This document shows positions 28,625 through 43,470 of a stretch of 64,000 bases of DNA, in pieces. The notes beneath the pieces are model-generated. The model was not told the DNA's origin, searched no databases, and saw only the letters and a program-made list of their open reading frames with translations. The stretch is from Escherichia phage vB_EcoM_G2285: sequence record MK327933.1. One strand, written 5' to 3'. The first letter of the stretch is position 1. Every line of letters starts with the position of its first letter. A program made the position numbers and the translations under genes.

Positions 28625-30072
28625 TGGCTGATATAACTCTGGTAGATTTACCATATGTTGACGGCCCGCCAGACGCGGGTCAGAGTCGTATTGAATGGAT
28701 TAAAAACGATGAAGAAATAACAGGTGCTGACACAAAATATGGTTCTGAAGGTGTAATGAACCGTCCTATTGTTGAAGTTCAACGTAACGTAGAAGCGTTA
28801 GATGTTAATATTAAAACTATAGCATCTTCTTTGAATACGGCCAATGAAGATATCAAAGTTATTCAAGGTATTTTAGATGTTTCTGGGGATGTTGATGCTC
28901 TTGCACAGATAGGCCAGAACACCCAAGATATTGATGTCATTAAAGTCACAGTTCAAACCCATGCTAGTGAATTGAATGATTTGAATGAACATATTGATGC
29001 GAATACTGATGATATTGGTGTTTATAATCAGGAAACAGATTCAGTTTATAGAACGGTTCGTAATGACCTGCTTTGGATTAAAAATGAATTAGGACAATAT
29101 ACTGGTCAAGATATTAATGGGGTTCCTACTCCAGGAAATGATAGCACTGGTATGAAACGCCGTATTATGACTAATAGCTCCGTAATTGTTGACCACGGTG
29201 TTCGATTAACTGATTTAGAAACTAAATTTGCTGATTCTGACGTCGGCTCTTTAACTATTGAAGTCGAACACTTGCGCGAAGAAATGGGGCCTCGTACTTC
29301 TTTCACTACTCCAGTGTTTAGTCGTCTTTCCGGTATTGATTTAACTTTGTCGCGTCAAAATGCTGACTTGGATGGCATTAAACAGTCTATTGGGTATCCT
29401 AATACGACTTCTATTATTACTACAACTAATGCGAATAGTTCAGCAATAAACGACATTAATCTTGAGCTCAATCAATCGGGTGGTATTAAACCTCGTTTGA
29501 CTACAGTAGAAACTGCCATTGGCGCTGATGATTTGCCTACTACAATCCAAGGACGTATTAAACTCAATACTGATGCTATCGGAGCATTGAACACTGTTGT
29601 CGGCTCTGATTCTTCGTCAGGATTGCGTTTTAATGTGTCATGGTTAAATAACGTAGTCGGTGTTGACGCTTCAGGTGGGAAACCGGAACCAGAAGGCTCT
29701 TTGCTTTATCGTACTAGAGCGCTTGAAGGATCTATCGGTGAGATGAGTAATGACATTCAGAACATTCAAACTGATGTTGGGACTAATACCACAGGGGTTA
29801 AGGGTTCTGTAAACACATTAAATACTCTTATAAACGGCACCAACCCAAATGGTTCGACTGTTGAAGAACGTGGTATATTGCCTACAGTTAAAAGTCATGA
29901 TACGACAATTAATGGTTTAACTTCTAGAATTGCTACTCTTGAAACTGATTTGGCCGCTGCAGAAGCTGAAATCCAAACTCTTAAGGACGCTGGATATATT
30001 GAAGATGCTCCTTCAGACGGTAAATTCTATGTTCGCAAAGATGGTGCATGGGTTGAACTTCCTACAGCTTAA
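28624..30072 (+). CDS. wac: fibritin (whisker antigen control, Wac)
   Basis: 482 aa; C-terminal foldon GYIEDAPSDGKFYVRKDGAWVELPTA. Confidence 0.9.
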   Translation: MADITLVDLPYVDGPPDAGQSRIEWIKNDEEITGADTKYGSEGVMNRPIVEVQRNVEALDVNIKTIASSLNTANEDIKVIQGILDVSGDVDALAQIGQNTQDIDVIKVTVQTHASELNDLNEHIDANTDDIGVYNQETDSVYRTVRNDLLWIKNELGQYTGQDINGVPTPGNDSTGMKRRIMTNSSVIVDHGVRLTDLETKFADSDVGSLTIEVEHLREEMGPRTSFTTPVFSRLSGIDLTLSRQNADLDGIKQSIGYPNTTSIITTTNANSSAINDINLELNQSGGIKPRLTTVETAIGADDLPTTIQGRIKLNTDAIGALNTVVGSDSSSGLRFNVSWLNNVVGVDASGGKPEPEGSLLYRTRALEGSIGEMSNDIQNIQTDVGTNTTGVKGSVNTLNTLINGTNPNGSTVEERGILPTVKSHDTTINGLTSRIATLETDLAAAEAEIQTLKDAGYIEDAPSDGKFYVRKDGAWVELPTA

Positions 30073-30104
30073 TGAAAAGGGCCTTCGGGCCCTAAAGGAT
30101 TTAT

Positions 30105-31031
30105 ATGTCAGGTTATAATGCACAAAACCCTAAAGAATTAAAGGATGTAATATTACGTCGTTTAGGCGCTCCTATTGTAAATGTTGAATTAACTACAGAC
30201 CAAATTTATGATTGTATTTCACGAGCGTTAGAACTTTATGGCGAATACCATTTTGACGGGTTGAATAAAGGTTTCCATGTATTTTTTGTTGATGACGAAG
30301 AAAAATACCGTCACGGCGTATTTGATATGAGTGGTTCTAACGTATTTGCTGTAACAAGAATTATAAGAACAAACGTTGGCTCTATTACTTCAATGGATGG
30401 TAATGCAACGTATCCATGGTTCACTGATTTCCTTTTAGGAATGGCCGGTGTTTCAGGTGGTATGGGTAGTAATTGTGGTAAATTCTATGGCCCGAACGCT
30501 TTTGGCGCTGATCTCGGGTATTATTCTCAATTAGTATCTTATATGGGTATGCTTCAAGATATGATTGCTCCTCTTCCAGATTTTTGGTTTAACTCTGCAA
30601 ACGAGCAATTAAAAGTAATGGGTAACTTTAGACAGAAAGATGTCATTATCGTTGAATCGTACGTTCGCTCTTATATCGAGACCCATAAGATGGTAGGAAA
30701 TACAGTAGGGTACGGTCAGGTTGGTCCTCGTGATTCATGGTCTATTTCTGAACGTTATGATAATCCAGACCATAATTTGGTCGGACGTCGAGTTGGTGAA
30801 GATCCTGCAACTAAACAAGGTGCATATAACAACCGCTGGGTTAAAGATTATGCAACTGCATTAGCTAAAGAGCTTAATGGACAAATTCTTGCTAAACATC
30901 AAGGTATGATGTTACCGGGTGGCGTCACTGTTGATGGTGTTCGATTAATTGAAGAAGCTCGTTTAGAGAAAGAAGCTTTACGAGAAGAGTTATATTTACT
31001 GGACCCTCCTGCAGGTATTTTGGTAGGTTAA
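30105..31031 (+). CDS. 13: neck protein gp13
   Basis: 308 aa; [31 protein letters not shown]4 gp13-like. Confidence 0.9.
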   Translation: MSGYNAQNPKELKDVILRRLGAPIVNVELTTDQIYDCISRALELYGEYHFDGLNKGFHVFFVDDEEKYRHGVFDMSGSNVFAVTRIIRTNVGSITSMDGNATYPWFTDFLLGMAGVSGGMGSNCGKFYGPNAFGADLGYYSQLVSYMGMLQDMIAPLPDFWFNSANEQLKVMGNFRQKDVIIVESYVRSYIETHKMVGNTVGYGQVGPRDSWSISERYDNPDHNLVGRRVGEDPATKQGAYNNRWVKDYATALAKELNGQILAKHQGMMLPGGVTVDGVRLIEEARLEKEALREELYLLDPPAGILVG

Positions 31032-31032
31032 T

Positions 31033-31797
31033 ATGGCAACTTATGATAAAAATCTTTTCGCCAAACTAGAAAATCGTGGTGGGTATTCTCAGACAAATGA
31101 GACTGAGATTTTAAACAAATACGTGAACTTCAACAAATACGAAAATAGTCAAACCCTAGCTGATGTGTTAGTGGCAGAAAGCATACAGATGCGCGGTATT
31201 GAATGTTTTTATGTTCCACGTGAATATGTTGCCGTGGACCTTATCTTTGGTGAGGACCTTAAAAATAAATTTACTAAAGCATGGAAATTTGCTGCATATC
31301 TGAACTCTTTTGAAGGTTATGAAGGAGCGAAATCGTTCTTCAGCAACTTCGGAATGCAAGTTCAAGACGAAGTTACATTATCTATTAACCCGGGTCTTTT
31401 CAAACACCAGGTCAACAATCAGGAGCCCAAGGAAGGTGATTTAATATACTTCCCAATGGACAATAGTTTGTTTGAGATTAACTGGGTTGAACCATATGAC
31501 CCATTCTATCAAGTAGGTAAAAATGCGATTCGTAAAATTACTGCAGGCAAGTTTATTTACTCTGGCGAAGAAATCAATCCGGTGCTTCAGAAAAATGAAG
31601 GTATCAATATACCTGAATTTAGTGACTTGGAACTTAACCCTGTTAGAAATCTTGACGGTATCCATGACATTAATATCGATGAATATTCTGAAGTTGAGCA
31701 AATCAATTCAGAGGCAAGTGAATATGTTGAGCCGTATGTAGTAGTTAACAACCGTGGTAGACAAAATTCACCATTTGACGATGGGTTTATGAATTAA
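31033..31797 (+). CDS. 14: neck protein gp14
   Basis: 254 aa; synteny. Confidence 0.9.
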   Translation: MATYDKNLFAKLENRGGYSQTNETEILNKYVNFNKYENSQTLADVLVAESIQMRGIECFYVPREYVAVDLIFGEDLKNKFTKAWKFAAYLNSFEGYEGAKSFFSNFGMQVQDEVTLSINPGLFKHQVNNQEPKEGDLIYFPMDNSLFEINWVEPYDPFYQVGKNAIRKITAGKFIYSGEEINPVLQKNEGINIPEFSDLELNPVRNLDGIHDINIDEYSEVEQINSEASEYVEPYVVVNNRGRQNSPFDDGFMN

Positions 31798-31849
31798 TAA
31801 ATAGATAAGATAAAGCAAACACCGGTCGAAAGGCCGGTTAGGAGAAATG

Positions 31850-32671
31850 ATGTTTGGTTATTTTTACAACTCGTCGTTCAGGCGATATATCACAATGATG
31901 GGCGATTTGTTTTCAAATATCCAAGTTAACCGTCAATTGTCTACAGGCAATAAATTAATTAGAGTTCCTATTACGTATGCATCTAAAGAGCACTTTATGA
32001 TGAAACTTAATAAATGGACCTCTATAAACTCACAAGAAGATGTGGCTAAAGTCGAAACTATTCTACCACGTATAAATCTCCAAATGGTAGATTTCGTTTA
32101 TAACCCAACGTTTAAAACGAATATATTGAATAACTCTCTTTTGAGTAAATCGACTAAGGATATTGTAGACCAATACAACCCATCACCAATTAAAATGATT
32201 TTTGAACTGAGCATCTTTACTCGTTATGAAGATGATATGTTCCAAATCGTTGAGCAAATTATTCCATATTTTCAGCCGCATTTTAATACGACTATGATTG
32301 AGCAATATGGGCAGGATATTCCATTTGAAAGGGATATTAAAGTCGTATGGATGGCAGCAGCAATGGATGAACAAATAGACGGTGATAATTTATCTCGTCG
32401 ACGTTTAGAGTGGTCATTAACATTTGAAGTAAATGGATGGATGTATCCTCCGGTAGGCGCAGCAGAAGGCCTTATTAAAACGACTTATCTTGATTTTCAT
32501 GCTAATGAACGAGACCTTCAATCAGCCGCCAGCGTTTTTGAATCAGTTGATACAGAAATTAAACCGAGAGACGTTGAAGCACAAGATTGGAATGGTGAAG
32601 TTGAACAAACTTATACTCATGATATTCCAATCCCGACTCCACCAACCCCTCCTGGTCCTAGAAAACAATAA
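31850..32671 (+). CDS. 15: tail sheath stabilizer and completion protein gp15
   Basis: MFGYFYNSSFRRY... from ATG 31850, SD GGAG 5 nt upstream. Confidence 0.9.
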   Translation: MFGYFYNSSFRRYITMMGDLFSNIQVNRQLSTGNKLIRVPITYASKEHFMMKLNKWTSINSQEDVAKVETILPRINLQMVDFVYNPTFKTNILNNSLLSKSTKDIVDQYNPSPIKMIFELSIFTRYEDDMFQIVEQIIPYFQPHFNTTMIEQYGQDIPFERDIKVVWMAAAMDEQIDGDNLSRRRLEWSLTFEVNGWMYPPVGAAEGLIKTTYLDFHANERDLQSAASVFESVDTEIKPRDVEAQDWNGEVEQTYTHDIPIPTPPTPPGPRKQ

Positions 32672-34997
<2,326 letters not shown>

Positions 34998-35024
34998 AAA
35001 TAAAGCAAATTAAGAGGAATTAAA

Positions 35025-37007
35025 ATGGCACTTCTCTCTCCGGGCGTTGAGCTCAAAGAAACTACCGTACAGAGTACTGTAGTTAATAACTCCACTGGTA
35101 CTGCTGCCCTGGCTGGAAAATTCCAATGGGGACCTGCATTCCAGATTAAACAAATCACTGATGAAGTTGCATTAGTTGATATGTTTGGTACTCCTAATAC
35201 GGATACAGCAGATTATTTCATGTCTGCTATGAACTTCCTTCAATATGGTAATGACCTTCGTGTTGTACGTGCAGTTGATCGTGATACTGCTAAGAACTCA
35301 TCTCCTGTAGCAGGCAATATTGAATTCACAATCTCTGCCGCTGGTAGTAACTATGCGGTTGGTGATAAAATTATCGTTAAGTATTTGACCGAAACTGTTG
35401 AAGCAGATGGTTATGTCACTTCAGTTGATGTCGATGGTAAAATTCTTAACATTTATATCCCAACCGGTAAAATTATTGCTCGTGCAAAAGAAATTAATGA
35501 ATATCCGGCATTGGGTTCTAACTGGACCGCCGAAGTTGCCAGTTCTTCTTCTGGACTCTCTGGCGTTATTACAATTGGTTCTATCGTAACCGATTCTGGT
35601 ATTCTGTTAACTGAAGTTGAAACTTCTGAAGAAGCTATTACTTCTCTAACTTTCCAAGAATCTATTAAAAAATATGGTGTCCCAGGCGTAGTTGCTCTTT
35701 ATCCTGGTGAACTTGGCGACCAGCTCGAAATTGAAATCGTATCTAAAGCAGACTATGACAAAGGTGCTTCAGCCCAGTTAAAAATTTATCCTGATGGTGG
35801 TACTCGTGCATCTACGGCTAAAGCAATCTTTGGGTATGGCCCACAAACTGATGACCAATATGCAATTATCGTTCGTCGTAACGATGCTGTAGTCCAGAGT
35901 GTAGTTCTTTCTACTAAACGCGGTGAACGCGATATTTATGGTAGTAATATCTTTATTGATGATTTCTTTGCTAAAGGCGCAAGCAATTATATTTTCGCTA
36001 CTGCACAAGGTTGGCCAAAAGGTTTCTCTGGCGTAATCAAACTGGGTGGCGGCTTATCATCTAATGAAACGGTTGACGCCGGCGATTTAATGGAAGCTTG
36101 GGATTTGTTTGCTGACCGCGAATCTGTTAATGCGCAGTTGTTTATTGCTGGTTCTTGTGCAGGTGAATCTTTAGAAGTTGCTTCTACAGTTCAGAAACAT
36201 GTTGTAGCAATTGGTGATTCTCGCCAAGATTGCTTGGTTCTTTGCTCACCTCCACGTTCAACTATAGTCGGTATTCCTGTTAATCGTGCAGTTGATAATC
36301 TGGTTGATTGGCGTACTGCGTCAGGAACTTACACTGATAATAACTTTAATGTAAGTTCTACTTATGCCGCTATTGATGGTAACTATAAATATCAATATGA
36401 TAAATATAATGATGTGAATCGTTGGGTTCCATTAGCTGCTGATATTGCTGGTCTTTGTGCTCGCACAGACAATATTTCTCAGCCTTGGATGTCTCCTGCT
36501 GGTTATAACCGTGGACAAATTCTTAACGTTATTAAGCTTGCAATTGAAACTCGTCAACCACAGCGTGATCGTTTGTATCAGGAAGCTATTAACCCTGTTA
36601 CTGGTACCGGTGGTGATGGGTATGTTCTGTACGGTGATAAAACTGCCACTTCTGTTCCTTCACCATTTGACCGTATTAACGTTCGTCGTTTGTTCAATAT
36701 GGTTAAAACGAACATTGGTTCAGCATCTAAATATCGCCTGTTTGAATTGAACAACGCATTTACCCGTTCTTCTTTCCGTACAGAGACTTCTCAATATCTA
36801 CAGGGTATTAAAGCTCTCGGTGGTGTATATAACTTTAAAGTTGTTTGTGATACTACCAATAACACACCAGCAGTTATCGACCGTAATGAATTTGTAGCTA
36901 CTTTCTACTTACAACCTGCCCGCTCGATAAATTATATTACGTTGAACTTTGTAGCAACAGCAACTGGTGCCGATTTCGACGAACTGATTGGTGCTGTAGG
37001 TAGTTAA
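35025..37007 (+). CDS. 18: tail sheath protein gp18
   Basis: 660 aa; MALLSPGVELKETTVQSTVVNNSTG... T4 gp18-like. Confidence 0.95.
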   Translation: MALLSPGVELKETTVQSTVVNNSTGTAALAGKFQWGPAFQIKQITDEVALVDMFGTPNTDTADYFMSAMNFLQYGNDLRVVRAVDRDTAKNSSPVAGNIEFTISAAGSNYAVGDKIIVKYLTETVEADGYVTSVDVDGKILNIYIPTGKIIARAKEINEYPALGSNWTAEVASSSSGLSGVITIGSIVTDSGILLTEVETSEEAITSLTFQESIKKYGVPGVVALYPGELGDQLEIEIVSKADYDKGASAQLKIYPDGGTRASTAKAIFGYGPQTDDQYAIIVRRNDAVVQSVVLSTKRGERDIYGSNIFIDDFFAKGASNYIFATAQGWPKGFSGVIKLGGGLSSNETVDAGDLMEAWDLFADRESVNAQLFIAGSCAGESLEVASTVQKHVVAIGDSRQDCLVLCSPPRSTIVGIPVNRAVDNLVDWRTASGTYTDNNFNVSSTYAAIDGNYKYQYDKYNDVNRWVPLAADIAGLCARTDNISQPWMSPAGYNRGQILNVIKLAIETRQPQRDRLYQEAINPVTGTGGDGYVLYGDKTATSVPSPFDRINVRRLFNMVKTNIGSASKYRLFELNNAFTRSSFRTETSQYLQGIKALGGVYNFKVVCDTTNNTPAVIDRNEFVATFYLQPARSINYITLNFVATATGADFDELIGAVGS

Positions 37008-37039
37008 TAAGACGCCTGATGGGCTATTTCGGTAGCCCA

Positions 37040-37047
37040 TATAAATA
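37040..37047 (+). promoter_or_regulatory. late promoter TATAAATA for gene 19, abutting hairpin 37019..37040
   Basis: Exact TATAAATA; preceded by ATGGGCTA-TTTCGG-TAGCCCAT hairpin. Confidence 0.6.
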
Positions 37048-37119
37048 TACTATATCGTTTAAAAATTAATTCTATGGGCCTCCGGTTAATCCTAAGCCCA
37101 TATTACTACAGAGGCTAAT

Positions 37120-37611
37120 ATGTTTGTAGATGACGTAACTCGCGCCTTCGAATCAGGTGATTTCGCTCGCCCTAACCTGTTCGAAGTAGAAATCTCTTAT
37201 CTTGGGCAAAACTTTAGCTTCCAGTGTCGTGCTACGGCTCTTCCAGCTGCAATCGTTGAAAAGGTTCCTGTTTCTTATATGAACCGTAAAATTAACGTGG
37301 CTGGTGATCGTACATTCGATGATTGGACTATTACAGTAATGAACGATGATGCTCATAGCATTCGTCAGAAATTTGTTGATTGGCAAGGTATTGCAGCAGG
37401 ACAAGGTAATGAAATTACCGGTGGTAAACCTGCTGAATATAAAAAGTCTGCTATCGTTCGTCAATTTGCCCGTGATGCTAAAACGGTCACTAAAGAAGTT
37501 GAAATTGTCGGCTTGTGGCCTACTAACGTTGGCGAAGTATCTCTTGACTGGGACAGCAATAACGAGATTGAAACGTTCGAAGTAACTCTTGCTCTTGATT
37601 GGTGGGAATAA
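37120..37611 (+). CDS. 19: tail tube protein gp19
   Basis: 163 aa, same length as T4 gp19. Confidence 0.95.
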   Translation: MFVDDVTRAFESGDFARPNLFEVEISYLGQNFSFQCRATALPAAIVEKVPVSYMNRKINVAGDRTFDDWTITVMNDDAHSIRQKFVDWQGIAAGQGNEITGGKPAEYKKSAIVRQFARDAKTVTKEVEIVGLWPTNVGEVSLDWDSNNEIETFEVTLALDWWE

Positions 37612-37659
37612 TCTGGTTGGGGAGAAATCCCCAGCTTCCCGTGATGACGGAGAAGTCCA

Positions 37660-37667
37660 TATAAATA
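37660..37667 (+). promoter_or_regulatory. late promoter TATAAATA for gene 20
   Basis: Exact TATAAATA 28 nt upstream of gene 20 ATG, after GGGGAGAAATCCCC hairpin. Confidence 0.65.
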
Positions 37668-37695
37668 TAACTATAATTCCCATTCGGAGAATACA

Positions 37696-39319
<1,624 letters not shown>

Positions 39320-39321
39320 TA

Positions 39322-39549
39322 ATGGACGATTTAATTCAAGCTATTAAATCAAACGACCTCGTTGCTACTCGAAAGTTTTTTGAAAGTGCAATGGCAGAAA
39401 AAACGGTTCGTTTGATTGAAGCACGCAAAGCAGAAATCGCTTCTCAATTTTTGATTGAAGGCGAAGAACCTGAAGAAGAAGAGAAAGCTTCGGAAGACGA
39501 CGAAGATGATGACGATGAAGACGAATATGATGATGAGGACGATGAATAA
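39322..39549 (+). CDS. 67: prohead core protein gp67
   Basis: 75 aa with acidic C-terminal tail; synteny. Confidence 0.85.
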   Translation: MDDLIQAIKSNDLVATRKFFESAMAEKTVRLIEARKAEIASQFLIEGEEPEEEEKASEDDEDDDDEDEYDDEDDE

Positions 39550-39974
39550 TGTATCTTATCCCTGAATCTTATGAATTGGTACTCGAAAATGTCGAAGCAC
39601 TTATTCCTGAAGCACAGGGCCGAATCGATGCATTGTCTTCTGCTCTCGATATTGACGATATAAATACTATTATCGAGAACATGCTTGAAACTGAAACGGA
39701 TTTAGCTGTTGCAATGGCTTCCATTATTAATGAAGAACAGTTAAATGAGTTTATCGTTAAACATGTTTCTTCTCGCGGTGAAGTCACTCGCACTAAAGAC
39801 CGTAAAACTCGTGAACGTAACGCGTTCCAAACCACTGGTCTTTCTAAAGCAAAACGTAGACAAATCGCTCGTAAGGTCGTTAAAGCTAAAAAAGCTAACC
39901 CTTCAGGCCAAGTTAAAGGCTTGCGTAAGCGTAAAAAAGCTCTTAAACGTCGTAAAGCATTAGGATTAAGCTAA
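39549..39974 (+). CDS. 68: prohead core protein gp68
   Basis: 141 aa; synteny. Confidence 0.85.
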   Translation: MYLIPESYELVLENVEALIPEAQGRIDALSSALDIDDINTIIENMLETETDLAVAMASIINEEQLNEFIVKHVSSRGEVTRTKDRKTRERNAFQTTGLSKAKRRQIARKVVKAKKANPSGQVKGLRKRKKALKRRKALGLS

Positions 39975-40615
39975 TGAATAAACCCGAGTTACTTATTGAA
40001 ACTTGGGGTCAACCCGGTGAGATTATTGATGGCGTTCCAATGTTGGAATCTCATGATGGAAAAGATTCTGGCTTAAAACCAGGGCTTTATATAGAAGGTA
40101 TTTTTCTTCAGGCAGAGGTTGTTAACCGAAATAAGCGTTTATATCCTAAACGCGTTTTGGAAAAAGCAGTAAGTGACTATATTAAAGAACAAGTCGCAAC
40201 CAAACAAGCCCTTGGAGAATTAAACCATCCACCTCGTGCAAATGTTGACCCCATGCAAGCCGCTATCATTATTGAAGATATGTGGTGGAAAGGAAACGAT
40301 GTATATGGACGTGCTAGAATTATTGAAGGCGACCATGGTCCCGGCGATAAATTAGCTGCTAATATACGAGCTGGTTGGATTCCAGGTGTTTCCTCTCGTG
40401 GTCTTGGTTCTTTAACCGACACCAATAAAGGGTACCGTATCGTGAACGAAGGATTTAAATTAACCGTCGGCGTAGATGCCGTATGGGGACCTTCTGCTCC
40501 AGATGCTTGGGTTACTCCTAAACAAATATCAGAATCAGAGAATTCGGTGGAAATCACCAAAAACAGTGCTGATGAAGCATTTAAAGCTCTCGCAGAGAGT
40601 TTAAAAGCATTATAA
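39974..40615 (+). CDS. 21: prohead core scaffold protein and protease gp21
   Basis: 213 aa; synteny. Confidence 0.9.
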   Translation: MNKPELLIETWGQPGEIIDGVPMLESHDGKDSGLKPGLYIEGIFLQAEVVNRNKRLYPKRVLEKAVSDYIKEQVATKQALGELNHPPRANVDPMQAAIIIEDMWWKGNDVYGRARIIEGDHGPGDKLAANIRAGWIPGVSSRGLGSLTDTNKGYRIVNEGFKLTVGVDAVWGPSAPDAWVTPKQISESENSVEITKNSADEAFKALAESLKAL

Positions 40616-40618
40616 ATA
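40611..40618 (+). promoter_or_regulatory. late promoter TATAAATA for gene 22
   Basis: Exact TATAAATA overlapping gene 21 stop. Confidence 0.6.
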
Positions 40619-40648
40619 ATAATGTAATCTAAACCACAGGACACTAAA

Positions 40649-41461
40649 ATGATCAAAGAACAACTTTTGAAAGAAGCTCAGAACATCGAGACTTCAGTTG
40701 CTCTTAATAGTGTTTTCGAATCAGTAGAACTGTCTCCGGACGTTAAAGCTAATTTCAGCACTGTATTCGAAGCCACCGTTAAGCAGGAAGCAGTCAAACT
40801 GGCTGAATCTCATATCAAAGCCATCGCCGAAAAAGCCGAAGAAGAAGTTGAAAAGGCTAAAGAAGATGCTGAAGAGAAAGCTGATAAAAAATTGGCTGAA
40901 CAAGCTTCTAAATTCCTAGACCATCTTGCAAAAGAATGGCTCGCAGAAAACCAAATCGCAGTTGATAAAGGCATTAAAGCTGATTTGTTCGAATCCATGC
41001 TTGGTGGTCTGAAAGAACTGTTTGTTGAACATAACGTTGTTGTTCCAGAAGAATCTGTAGATGTTGTAGCAGAAATGGAAGAAGAGCTGGCCGAACATAA
41101 AGAAGAAACCGCTCGTTTGTTCGAAGAAGTTACCAAACGTGATGCATATATCAATTACGTTCAGCGTGAAACCGCTATTAATGAAAGCGTAAAAGACCTG
41201 ACTGAATCTCAGAAAGAAAAAGTTATTGGCCTGGTTGAAGGTATGGATTATTCTGACGCATTTGGTACTAAGTTAACTGCTATTGTAGAAATGGTTAAAG
41301 GTTCTACTAAAGAAGAAGCCGCTATTACCGAAAGTATAAATACAGTTGACAATGACGCTGCCGGTCTTAATTTTGTTGCCGAAGCAGTTGACACTACCAC
41401 AACTCAGGTAGAACAGAATTCTAATGTAAGTTTATATGCGAAAGTCGCATCTCGTTTCTAA
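40649..41461 (+). CDS. 22: prohead core scaffold protein gp22
   Basis: 270 aa acidic coiled-coil protein; synteny. Confidence 0.9.
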   Translation: MIKEQLLKEAQNIETSVALNSVFESVELSPDVKANFSTVFEATVKQEAVKLAESHIKAIAEKAEEEVEKAKEDAEEKADKKLAEQASKFLDHLAKEWLAENQIAVDKGIKADLFESMLGGLKELFVEHNVVVPEESVDVVAEMEEELAEHKEETARLFEEVTKRDAYINYVQRETAINESVKDLTESQKEKVIGLVEGMDYSDAFGTKLTAIVEMVKGSTKEEAAITESINTVDNDAAGLNFVAEAVDTTTTQVEQNSNVSLYAKVASRF

Positions 41462-41478
41462 TTTAAAGGTTAACACAA

Positions 41479-43047
41479 ATGACTACTATCAAAACTAAAG
41501 CTCAGCTCGTAGACAAATGGAAAGAACTGCTGGAAGGTGAAGGCCTGCCGGAAATCGCTAATAGCAAGCAGGCTATTATCGCTAAAATCTTCGAAAACCA
41601 GGAAAAAGATTTCGAAGTATCCCCTGAATATAAAGACGAGAAAATCGCTCAGGCATTTGGTTCTTTCTTGACCGAAGCTGAAATTGGTGGTGACCATGGT
41701 TATAATGCTCAGAACATCGCAGCGGGTCAAACCTCTGGTGCAGTAACCCAAATTGGGCCGGCAGTTATGGGTATGGTTCGTCGTGCTATTCCTAATCTGA
41801 TCGCTTTTGATATTTGTGGTGTTCAGCCTATGAACAGCCCTACCGGTCAGGTATTTGCTCTCCGTGCAGTATATGGTAAAGACCCTATCGCTGCCGGCGC
41901 TAAAGAAGCTTTCCATCCGATGTATGCTCCAGACGCGATGTTCTCTGGTCAGGGTGCTGCTAAGAAATTCCCAGCTCTGGCTGCTAGCACACAAACCACT
42001 GTAGGTGATATCTATACTCACTTCTTCCAGGAAACTGGTACTGTATATCTGCAAGCTTCTGTTCAAGTAACAATCGATGCTGGTGCGACTGATGCTGCTA
42101 AATTAGATGCCGAAGTTAAGAAACAAATGGAAGCTGGTGCACTGGTAGAAATCGCTGAAGGTATGGCTACTTCTATCGCTGAACTCCAGGAAGGTTTCAA
42201 CGGTTCTACCGATAACCCATGGAATGAAATGGGCTTCCGTATCGATAAACAAGTTATCGAAGCTAAATCTCGCCAGCTGAAAGCTGCTTACTCTATCGAA
42301 TTAGCACAAGACCTCCGTGCAGTACACGGTATGGATGCTGACGCTGAACTGAGCGGTATTCTGGCTACAGAAATTATGCTAGAAATCAACCGTGAAGTTG
42401 TTGATTGGATTAACTACTCGGCACAGGTTGGTAAATCTGGTATGACCCTGACTCCGGGTTCTAAAGCTGGTGTATTTGACTTCCAGGACCCGATTGATAT
42501 CCGTGGTGCTCGTTGGGCCGGTGAAAGCTTTAAATCTCTGTTGTTCCAGATTGATAAAGAAGCAGTTGAAATTGCTCGTCAAACCGGTCGTGGTGAAGGT
42601 AACTTCATTATCGCTTCCCGTAACGTAGTTAACGTACTGGCTTCAGTTGATACTGGTATTTCTTACGCTGCACAGGGTCTGGCTTCTGGTTTTAATACCG
42701 ACACTACTAAGTCTGTATTTGCCGGTGTACTTGGTGGTAAATACCGCGTATACATCGACCAGTATGCTAAACAGGATTACTTCACCGTTGGTTACAAAGG
42801 CGCTAACGAAATGGATGCAGGTATTTACTATGCTCCTTACGTTGCACTTACCCCACTGCGTGGTTCCGATCCTAAGAACTTCCAGCCGGTAATGGGCTTT
42901 AAAACTCGTTACGGTATCGGTGTTAACCCGTTTGCTGAAAGTTCCCTGCAGGCTCCAGGTGCTCGCATCCAGTCCGGTATGCCGTCTATCCTGAACAGCC
43001 TTGGTAAGAACGCTTACTTTAGACGTGTATATGTAAAAGGCATCTAA
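41479..43047 (+). CDS. 23: major capsid protein gp23
   Basis: 522 aa; near-identical to T4 gp23. Confidence 0.97.
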   Translation: MTTIKTKAQLVDKWKELLEGEGLPEIANSKQAIIAKIFENQEKDFEVSPEYKDEKIAQAFGSFLTEAEIGGDHGYNAQNIAAGQTSGAVTQIGPAVMGMVRRAIPNLIAFDICGVQPMNSPTGQVFALRAVYGKDPIAAGAKEAFHPMYAPDAMFSGQGAAKKFPALAASTQTTVGDIYTHFFQETGTVYLQASVQVTIDAGATDAAKLDAEVKKQMEAGALVEIAEGMATSIAELQEGFNGSTDNPWNEMGFRIDKQVIEAKSRQLKAAYSIELAQDLRAVHGMDADAELSGILATEIMLEINREVVDWINYSAQVGKSGMTLTPGSKAGVFDFQDPIDIRGARWAGESFKSLLFQIDKEAVEIARQTGRGEGNFIIASRNVVNVLASVDTGISYAAQGLASGFNTDTTKSVFAGVLGGKYRVYIDQYAKQDYFTVGYKGANEMDAGIYYAPYVALTPLRGSDPKNFQPVMGFKTRYGIGVNPFAESSLQAPGARIQSGMPSILNSLGKNAYFRRVYVKGI

Positions 43048-43071
43048 TCTTAATTGATTAAATCTTATTTT

Positions 43072-43098
43072 GGGAGACTTCGGTCTCCCATTTTTGGT
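43072..43098 (+). terminator. rho-independent terminator after gene 23
   Basis: GGGAGAC-TTCG-GTCTCCC hairpin followed by ATTTTTGGTTTTATTT. Confidence 0.75.
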
Positions 43099-43099
43099 T

Positions 43100-43369
43100 T
43101 TATTTCTGTGCAATTTCGATGTAAGTTTTCAAAATATTTTGCCAATTAGGCATACCTTCTTGGACATATGCTGGAGAACAGTCTTTGTTTTTGAATGATG
43201 CAAGTTTATCAGTGGCCCAATAACCTTTAGCTCGAGCTTCAGAATCAACTTTCATCCATACTTTGTTGAAGGCGTTACCATTAACTTTTGCACCATATTT
43301 TTCTACTAACTTAACCGCTTCAGCTTCCAGAACTTTTAAAGTATCTCTTAAGAAACGTGCTTTAGTCAT
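43100..43369 (-). CDS. hypothetical protein (89 aa), early-type gene inserted between 23 and 24
   Basis: ORF track; opposite orientation to capsid genes; SD GAGGAG and own early promoter cassette. Confidence 0.55.
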   Translation of the reverse strand: MTKARFLRDTLKVLEAEAVKLVEKYGAKVNGNAFNKVWMKVDSEARAKGYWATDKLASFKNKDCSPAYVQEGMPNWQNILKTYIEIAQK

Positions 43370-43394
43370 TTTGTTTACTCCTCTGTAGTTGATA

Positions 43395-43429
43395 AGTCTA
43401 TAGTATCACATACCAAATACGTTGTAAAC
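43395..43429 (-). promoter_or_regulatory. early promoter cassette (GTTTAC -35, TACTAT -10) for 43100..43369
   Basis: Minus strand GTTTACaacgtatttggtatgtgaTACTATagacttatcaac; element shared with 8184..8205. Confidence 0.55.
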
Positions 43430-43435
43430 AATCTT

Positions 43436-43443
43436 TATAAATA
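43436..43443 (+). promoter_or_regulatory. late promoter TATAAATA for gene 24
   Basis: Exact TATAAATA 27 nt upstream of gene 24 ATG. Confidence 0.65.
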
Positions 43444-43470
43444 ATCTATATCACATAAGGAAAAAATGCA

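Noticed and set aside
37019-37102. Two ATGGGC...GCCCAT hairpins between genes 18 and 19 as terminators
   Set aside because: No U-run follows; the first abuts the TATAAATA late promoter, so they are more likely 5'-UTR or RNA-stability structures; noted in evidence only.
40177-43113. Minus-strand ORFs inside genes 21, 22 and 23 (40177..40656, 40810..41154, 41470..42066, 42643..43113)
   Set aside because: Embedded antisense in highly conserved capsid genes; no SD or promoter; compositionally biased translations.
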